From Chiloscyllium plagiosum (lineage: Eukaryota), in the NCBI RefSeq assembly GCF_004010195.1, contig NC_057728.1, positions 44,768,279 through 44,812,912 of the forward strand: 44,634 nt of DNA, written 5' to 3'. How positions within the stretch are numbered: the first letter of the stretch is position 1; every line of letters begins with the position of its first letter. Below the pieces are notes generated by a model that did not search any database, was not told where the DNA came from, and saw only the letters and a program-made list of their open reading frames with translations. This document shows, in pieces, positions 37,029 through 44,634 of the stretch. The translations under genes were made by a program, and so were the position numbers.

Positions 37029-38721
37029 GTAACAAAGGAATTGCTTACACGTTAATTGTTCTTCTCTTAACTTTTGCATAACATAATTTCAAAGTCATTC
37101 TCATCAATGCTTTTCACCTTATATCAGTTTGCTTTATTTTGTCTGATGTATTTTTAAACATGTTTCCATGTTACTGTTGCCAAACAATTTTCTTTTCGGC
37201 AAGAGGCCCAAGAGCCATTGTGTTATCTTTGAAGTTATATGTCAAAGTTTTACCTGTTAACACTTCCTCGCTTTCCAAGAATGCCATATCCTTCATCTCT
37301 ATTTGATATATAGCTATAACTTTTAAAAATGGCTATTCTCTAAATTTCCTCTGTCTTTCTTAGTCTCCACAATTATTGTTACCAAACTGAAGCACATCTT
37401 CCAATCAATTAATTCTTTCTAGAAACCTCTGGAGATGGAGTTTCTACTCTCAATGTAAGATCTTTTCAATTCAATCTGAATCCTCTGCAAGTTTGTCGAT
37501 AACTCTTTCACTCAAGATAATCTTCAAGAGGTTTTCATTTAATACTACTGGTTTCAATTGCTTCTGTTGGCAGTTGTAATAATGGACACTTCACACAATT
37601 TATTTTTATCAAAATTTTCTGTTCTACTCTATGCTGAACAATTCATGTCTGATGCATAGTTGTAGCTTTGTAATATGCCTTCAGGATGATTTCATTCCAG
37701 TCAGATTAGCACTGTTACTCATTTGCTACAAACCTTTGGGAGTGAAAAGAAAGCAATTCTTATCAGAAACTCATCAGCTTCAAGATGTGTTCGGCTGATC
37801 GAGATTTATAGCAGCTTTACTGATTATACAGCAGTTCCAGCCAGGATCAGAAAAATATTTGTTCTCATGAGATGTTTGTGATGAATTATTATAACGTGGT
37901 TTTAGCATATTTCCCTATTTGCACAGTTAATAACTGCCAAGTTGGTGAAGCATTCTAGGATTGAAGAGAACTTTAAGCAGAATGATATGTAATTAATCTT
38001 TTGATGTTATTTGAATTGAAATAGCAGAAAGAGCCAGAAAAATTAGAACATTCTTTATGCTTTCACCTTGAAGGAATACCTTGAGATGTAAAAAGGAAAA
38101 TTAATGAGTATGTTTACAGAGATAAATGGCAAAATATTTTCTTCAACAGTCAACACTGAATATGACATGTACCTACATATTAGAATTGAGTGTTATGCAG
38201 GAAGTATCACATTTAGTCCATGAGTCAAAGGATCTAAACTGCCATTACTCAGATGCAGTTAATTCAAAAGAATGCCATGGCTTCAACAGAATTAAGATTT
38301 TTTTTCATTATTTACTCAAATATTGCTGTGATCCCTTTCCATGGATTATAATTTATTTACTGTTCCTGTCTAATTTAGCTTTGCTGCCAAGATGTCTTGA
38401 TCCCAGCTTTAGTTCCAGAACACAGAACAGAAATTCCACAGAAAATACATAAAATGGCAGAGGCAGCCAATACTGTTTATCATTTAGATCAAAGTTTTCA
38501 TAATGTGGTGTTTTTAAACAAGCCATATTAAGTCATAATAATTGCAGTCCCAGAAACAACAGCAATCAGTCAGCTGGGGTTCAAATTGTACTATTTCAGC
38601 TTCTGAGTCAGAATGGGTTCAACGCATTCTCCAGCATCTCAGCAGAGAAAATCAAGATTGGCACTCAGTCAAGTACTGAAGTAATCCTGCACGATAAATG
38701 ATGCTGCTGTCATTTGGTCGA

Positions 38722-39950
38722 CATAGAGTCATAGGGATGTACGGCACAGAAACAGACCCTTCAGTCTAACTCGTCCATGCCAACCAGATATCCCAACCCA
38801 ATCTAGTACCACCTGCCAGTATCCGACCCATATCCCTCCAAACCCTTCCTATTCAAATAACCATCCAGGTGTCTTTTAAATGTTGCAATTGTACTAGCCC
38901 CCACCACTTCCTCTGGCAGCTCATTCTGTACATGTACCACCCTCTCTGTGAAAAAGTTGCCCTTTAGGTCTTTTTTATATTAGATTACATTACAGTGTGG
39001 AAACAGGCCCTTCGGCCAAACAAGTCCACACCGCCCCGCCGAAGCGCAACCCACCCATACCCCTACATTTACCCCTTACCTAACACTACGGGCAATTTAG
39101 CATGGCCAATTCACCTGACCTGCACATCTTTGTGACTTGTGGGAGGAAACCGGAGCACCCGAAGGAAACCCACGCAGACACGGGGAGAACGTGCAAACTC
39201 CACACAGTCAGTCGCCTGAGGCGGGAATTGAATCCAGGTCTCCGGCGCTGTGAGGCAGCAGTGCTAACCACTGTGCCACCGTGAATGGTTCCCCTCTCAC
39301 CATAAACTATGCCCTCAAGTTCTGGACTCCCACACCCCAGGGAAAAGACTTTGTCTATTTATCCTACCAATGCTCCTCATGATTTTATAAACCTCCATCA
39401 GGTCACCCCTCAGCCTCCGATGCTCCAGGGAAAACAGCCCCAGCCTATTCAACCTCTCCCTATAGCTCAAATCCTCCAACCCTGGCAACATCCTTGTAAA
39501 TCCTTTCTGAACCCTTTCAAATTTCACAGCATCTTTCTGTACGAAAGATACCAAAATTGCACACAAAATTCCAACAGTGGCCTAACCAATATCCTGTACA
39601 GCCGCAACATGACCTCCCAACCCCTGTACTCAATACTCTGACTAATAAAGGAAAGCATACCAAATGCTTTCTTCACTATCCTATCTACCTGCGACTCCAC
39701 TTTCAAGGAGCTATGAGCCTGCACTCCAAGGTCTCCCTGTATAGCAACACTCCCTAGGACCTTACCATTAAGTGTATAAACCCTGCTAAGATTTGCTTTC
39801 CCAAAATGCAGCACCTCACTTTTATCTAAATTTAACTCCATCTGCCACTCCTCAGCCCATTGGCCCATCTGATCAAGATCCTGTTGTAATCTGAGGTAAC
39901 CTTCTTTGCTGTCTACTCCACCTCCAATTTTGGTTTCATCTGCAAACTTA
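38722..39950 (-). mobile_element. CR1 LINE, 5'-truncated
   Basis: KFADETKIGG..WQMELN..LVRPLLEFCVQFW..RRLRGDL; tail CTATGACTCTATG; TSD GACATA (38720-38725 / 39951-39956). Confidence 0.95.
38979..39283 (-). mobile_element. HE1 SINE nested in CR1
   Basis: Intact A/B boxes, V-domain and tail; CpG-rich, so probably young. Confidence 0.93.
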
Positions 39951-40129
39951 GACATATTAAACAGAAGCACTGCTTATAGACTTCCTAAAGTTTATTTCTA
40001 AATTAAAATCACACAAACAGATTGCTTGGTAACTGACACATTGCTGTTTGTGAAAGTTTACTGCGTATAAACTGACAATCTAGTTGAATCTGAACAACCT
40101 TCTTGCAAGTCACTCAGTTCAAAGATCAT

Positions 40130-40610
40130 CAAGAATGAGCAGCATATGCTGTTTTTCCAGTGTTGATCACATACCAGGAAAGAATGAGAAAGAGAAACTT
40201 AACTGGGCAATTTTTCACATTGTCAAGTAGGTGTTCATATTGTAGCCATATTCGGACACTGGCCTAAGGGAACAACTGGTTCTGCAGTGCAAGTCTTAAG
40301 CACAACAGCCAGGGTGTTGTCAGAGCCCATAGATGTTGCAGTGTCAAGTGCCTTCTGCCATTTTGTGATGACAAGTGAGGTAATTGAATTGGCTGATATC
40401 TGATTATTGTAATCATAGGGAACTTCAGGAGGAGAGTACAACTTCAGCTTTGTCTTTGCACTCAAGTGCTGGGTTCTGCCATTGTTGAGAATGGGGATGT
40501 TTGTGGAGCCTTCTTCTTGGCTTACTTGGTTAAGCTTCACAATGATGAAGGCTGGATGTGGATCTAAAGAGCTTTGATCTGATCTGTCGGTTAGATGATC
40601 ACGTAACCTT
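40130..40610 (-). mobile_element. Degraded fragment of the 14480-22910 LINE family
   Basis: NIPILNNG..ALDTATSMGSDNTLAVVLKTCTAE parallels 18540-18810. Confidence 0.7.
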
Positions 40611-42384
40611 TTCTGGGATACTTTTCAGTGAGGTAATTCTCACAGCAAAACAATAGAAAAGGAGATTCTTATTTAGGATTAACTCATGCTGTAACTTCAA
40701 GGCTAAAGATAAATAACTGTTGTGAATAAGTAACATATGGCTTATGATTCATCCTGCAAGTAAAACTAAAACAACTCTATTCTAGTAACTAGCCGGGGGT
40801 TATATTTTCCATTATTACACATTATCTGTGATGCTCATAAAGAAAACAAGACATTTATTCTATAAATTACAAGAGAAGAGCAGAACTATTGAGAACTTGC
40901 CAGATCAGTAAAATCACTTGAAAACAGACTGCCATTCACCTCTTAGTGATGGGAAGATAATAACTGAATAACAATTTCTAAACAAGTATATTATTTAATG
41001 TATACAAACTAGACATAAAATGGAATACAAAATTGCAATTAAACCAACACTGACAAAATCTCAGTAGAGGAGGAAGTTGCGTTATTTTCTTTAGAAGACA
41101 TATATGTATAATATATACGATATATAAAATATGCTTTGACTTAAACTGAGAGGCAGATTTTGAAATCACTTTCTCAACAGTGAATGCAGTCATGTTACAG
41201 ATATGTTGTGAGTTCAGTTAAAATAAACCAGCAGCTCCAAGTGGCAAAGCGTAAAGTATACGAGAAATTTATCTATTGAAATGCCTGCAGAATAAGATGT
41301 AGTGATTTACTTAAAGTCTTCCAGTGAAAGCTGGGAGGTCCACAGCAATTGTTACTGTTCCTTCTAATTGAATTTTTGGAGTGGAATATTCCCCATCCCT
41401 TTGAGGCATGTACATTCATAAGAAGTGAAAAGTCAGATTCTTGACATCAAGAAAAATCATTCCAATACTCTGCTCAAGCCTTAAATGGTGATTTCAGAAG
41501 CTCACCATTGAATGGCGAGTACTTGCTTACTTACTTTCATGTTTTTGCATTTCATTAAAGCTGCACAGTCACATCCATTTTCATTCACATAAGTTAACAT
41601 CGGCAAAACACTAGCCTCACAATATCACCCCGCCTGCTCTCGAATCAACTGTCTCACCAAGGCCATCAACACTTTCCTATTGAGCTCACTGACATCTCTG
41701 ACCTATATGCTTTTGACAGGTTGCTTTGTATTCAAGGACACATGCACCTCAGACATCTACACAGGCTGCATCTTATGGACGTCAGCTTGCTTTCTAAGCA
41801 TTAACCCACTTTACACTTGCTTGGAGGCAGATGACCTCTGTGTGGCGTGCATTATTTTCTTAGTGCGCAGAGACTTCAGTGCTGCTATACAGGCTGCCAG
41901 CCTTTGTAACTTGCATTTGTTTTTGATGCAGATTCAGAGATGGCAGTTTGGTGTGCTGGAGAGCACTGAACAGTCCAACAAGTGGACTTGTCACAATATG
42001 ACATTGTGCTACATCAGTGTTACACCTGCAACATATGTCTGTCGTTTACACAGCAAACACACTGCATATGTTTCCAGCAAACAGTTACATCTGAAAGTCA
42101 AAGGGGAGCAGTCCTTCATAGGTGAAGGGGGTCAGGTGGATATGGGGGTTACTGCCATATGTAGTCAAAAGGCTGGCCAGAATCCAGTCCAGGAGTTGGC
42201 TACGAACAGTAAATCCTTGGCTCTACCTAAGTCAGAGGATTCATGATTTTTCGAGCTAGGGATTGTGTCAGTCTGTCCTGAAGGTCAAGTGCAATCTGTC
42301 CAGGATTACCGATAGGTCAGTTCAGGGTCGGTGAAGATATCAGTCTGGGAGTGAATCATGGTCAGTGGGATCTGTTCTGTCAAG

Positions 42385-42581
42385 ATCAGAGTGGAGTTGG
42401 AAAAGCACCAACAGGTCAGGCAGCATTCGAGGGGCTGGAAAATCAACATTTCGGGCAGGAGCCCTTCATTCCCGAAACGTCGATTTTCCTGCTCCTCGGA
42501 TGCTGCCTGATCTGCTGTCCTTTTCCAGCACAACTCTAATCTTGACTCTGATCTCCAGCATCTGCAGTCTTCACTTTCACC
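42385..42581. mobile_element. PLE 3'-end fold-back insertion
   Basis: TSD TCTGTTCTGTCAAG (42371-42384) / TCTGTTCTGCCAAG (42582-42595). Confidence 0.88.
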
Positions 42582-43154
42582 TCTGTTCTGCCAAGTCTGT
42601 CCATGAGGTGGCCTCTCGTCACTCCTGAGGGTTTGCTCAATAAATGATCAGGGGACTTTTCAGGAGGCAGATTTGGAGTCCTGGTGAAATTGGCCATGTC
42701 TGGACATGAGAGTCAATGTGCTGTGCCACTGAGGAAATGGTGACAGTGATGGGGGCAGTTGGAGATCATAAGGCAGGAAATCAGCGTTTCGGAAGGCATT
42801 GGGAGCTCTGAAAGATGGGGGTGTTCATGCAGGCCCTGATAACTCTGGAATCTACATGTGGACAGTGTAAGGCCAATGAGTGCATTGGAATTTCCAAAAC
42901 CATGCGTTCTTGGGCAGACTAATTGTTGTACAAAGGGGTGCAACTGAAACAGAGGGAAGCTGAAAGGTCATAGGAGCTACAGAGACAGCAACGCAAAAGG
43001 TAACTTTAAGAATGGGAGGACCATCTTGCATCTCAGATGAAGCCTGCAAATCACTCACATAAAATTTGAACTTTGTCATAGTAATTTGAAAATCAACTGC
43101 ACAATAATTGTACAAAACAGCTGATAGTGCATGCAGAGGAGGGGTCCCACTCAT

Positions 43155-43210
43155 GATGCCGAGATTGTGTTTCTAACTTTGGACCAGGAGCCCAGGTTCA
43201 AGCTGCACCT
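43155..43210 (+). mobile_element. tRNA-derived SINE head interrupted by CR1
   Basis: TTTGGACCAGGAGCCCAGGTTCAAG..CACCT, similar to 35250-35350; ends where the CR1 UTR begins. Confidence 0.45.
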
Positions 43211-44634
43211 GGAGTGGGAGCAGCGTCGAAGGTAAAAGCGAACCCGGGAGACTACAGCAAAGGTAAGACAGTTTGTTTTAAAATTGCTTACCTGTAGCGG
43301 GCAGCAGTGTGTTTTTTTTACTCTCTCTCCACAGAAAGAGCGGGAGCAGCAGAGGAAGTGACGGCAAGCAGAGGGGCAGCCGGGAAGGAAAAGTGAGTAT
43401 ATAAGTCAGGAAGGTGGCTAAACCCAAGATTCTACACCTGTAGTATCTCCCACCCACCCTCCTCCTCTAACCCTCCTCCTCTAACCCTCTTAACTACTCT
43501 GCTTTTTCTTTTAAGGTAAGGATTTTTATTTCTTTACCAGGGACTAGTTAAAAATTTACTTTGTTTTTTTTGTGTGTGTGTATACATCAAGTCCTTATTT
43601 AGGGTAAAAAAAAACTATAGCAGAGAGGTAGCAGAAGGTATTCTAATTCATACTTGTACAAAGTAACTAATTAACTAACTAAGCAGAGATGGCTGGGCAG
43701 GTGATGTGTTGTTGCTGTATGATGTGGGAGCTGGCTGATCCCATTGTGAATGGCAGTGACCACATCTGCAGCAAGTGTTGGTTGCTGGAAGAACTCCGGA
43801 TCAGAGTTGATGATCTGGAATCTGAGCTTCAAACACTGCGGCACATCCGGGAGGGGGAGAGTTACCTGGATGCTTTGTTTCAGGAGGCAGTCACACCTGG
43901 GAGATTAAGTAATTCACATTCAGCTAGTGATCAGGCACAAAAGAGTGTGACTGTAAGTGAGGCAGGTAGGGGGAACCGGAGTTCAGGAGTGGAGGAACCT
44001 CAGCCCTTGACCTTGTCCAACAGATACGAGATTCTTGCTCTCTGTTCGGATGAGGAAAAGGGCTGTGGACAGGATGAGCCAACTGACCAAAGCACCATGG
44101 TGCAGAAGGCCATTCAAGAGAGGGGAGCTAATAGACAAGTAGTGGTTACAGGGGATTCTATAATTAGGGGGACAGATAGTATCCTTTGCAAGCCGGATCG
44201 GGAGTCTCGCATGGTGTGTTGCCTGCCCGGTGCCAGGGTGCGAGACATCTCCGACCGTCTGAAAAGGATATTGGAGCGGGAGGGGGAGGATCCAGTTGTT
44301 GTGGTCCACGTTGGTACCAACAACATAGACAAGATTAGGGTGGAGGACCTGTTTGGACATTACGAAGCACTAGGCAGGAAATTGAAGTACAGGTCCTCAA
44401 GGGTCATAATCTCCGGATTACTGCCCGAGCCACGTGCCAATTGGCATAGGGACAAGAAAATTAGGCAAGTAAACACGTGGCTAAGGGATTGGTGTGGGAA
44501 AGAGGGACTCCACTTCATGGGGCATTGGCATCAGTTTTGGAACAGGGGGGATCTGTACCATTGGGACGGTCTCCACCTGAACCGATCAGGTACCAATATT
44601 CTAGCGAAGAGGATAAATAGGATGGTCAGTAGGA
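43211..44634 (+). mobile_element. CR1 LINE 5' end (UTR plus ORF1), probably 5'-complete, continues beyond window
   Basis: CpG-containing 478-bp leader followed by an intact ORF1. Confidence 0.85.
43689..44634 (+). CDS. CR1 ORF1p: Cys zinc finger, coiled coil and SGNH esterase; open to window edge
   Basis: Hand translation gives 315 codons with no stop: MAGQVMCCCCMMW..HICSKC..LRIRVDDLESELQTL..VTGDSIIRG..LPGARV..HVGTNN..WDGLHLN. Confidence 0.93.
   Translation, partial: MAGQVMCCCCMMWELADPIVNGSDHICSKCWLLEELRIRVDDLESELQTLRHIREGESYLDALFQEAVTPGRLSNSHSASDQAQKSVTVSEAGRGNRSSGVEEPQPLTLSNRYEILALCSDEEKGCGQDEPTDQSTMVQKAIQERGANRQVVVTGDSIIRGTDSILCKPDRESRMVCCLPGARVRDISDRLKRILEREGEDPVVVVHVGTNNIDKIRVEDLFGHYEALGRKLKYRSSRVIISGLLPEPRANWHRDKKIRQVNTWLRDWCGKEGLHFMGHWHQFWNRGDLYHWDGLHLNRSGTNILAKRINRMVSR

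Larger units (their letters stand above)
38570..40076 (+). mobile_element. Deu-type (SacSINE1-like) SINE split by a CR1 (pieces 38570-38720 and 39951-40076)
   Basis: CTTCTGAGTCAGAA..GGGTTCAA..AGTACTGA head; resumes with AAACAGATT..CACATTGCTGTTTGTG. Confidence 0.6.

Noticed and set aside
9381..39283. tRNA genes
   Set aside because: A/B boxes belong to SINE heads followed by V-domain and LINE-like tails; no full cloverleaf.
41680..42246. 188-aa ORF as a host gene
   Set aside because: TTG start, no recognisable domain, no supported exon structure; probably chance, though not excluded without a search.
5626..42581. Palindromic repeats read as MITEs or a CRISPR-like array
   Set aside because: Arm lengths and centres differ per copy, TSDs are long and variable, the sequence equals the 3' end of the PLE at 19823-21966, and the copies are dispersed with no spacer array.

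Overview
Eukaryotic, AT-rich, repeat-dense DNA with no convincing host exon, so probably a large intron or intergenic region. The repeats (HE1 V-SINEs, Deu-type SINE, esterase-ORF1 CR1 LINEs, Rex1, L2, Penelope-like elements, solo LTRs) point to a cartilaginous fish, probably a carpet/bamboo shark (inference). Three things stand out. (1) About ten insertions of Penelope-like element (PLE) 3' ends carry a minimal hammerhead-ribozyme core (CTGAWGA-A-GGGC-N4-GCCC-GAAAC-GTC). Most are head-to-head fold-backs flanked by 13-16 bp target-site duplications (TSDs), including a 2.1 kb two-armed copy and four insertions within ~0.35 kb of one host LINE. (2) An apparently 5'-complete CR1 at the right edge has an open 315-codon zinc-finger/coiled-coil/SGNH-esterase ORF1 that is missing from the ORF track. 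Its 5' UTR holds canonical splice signals, one donor sequestered in a hairpin and one AG|GTAAG recursive-type site. (3) There are several multi-layer nested insertions with readable TSDs. Family names come from my own motif recognition; no database search was run.
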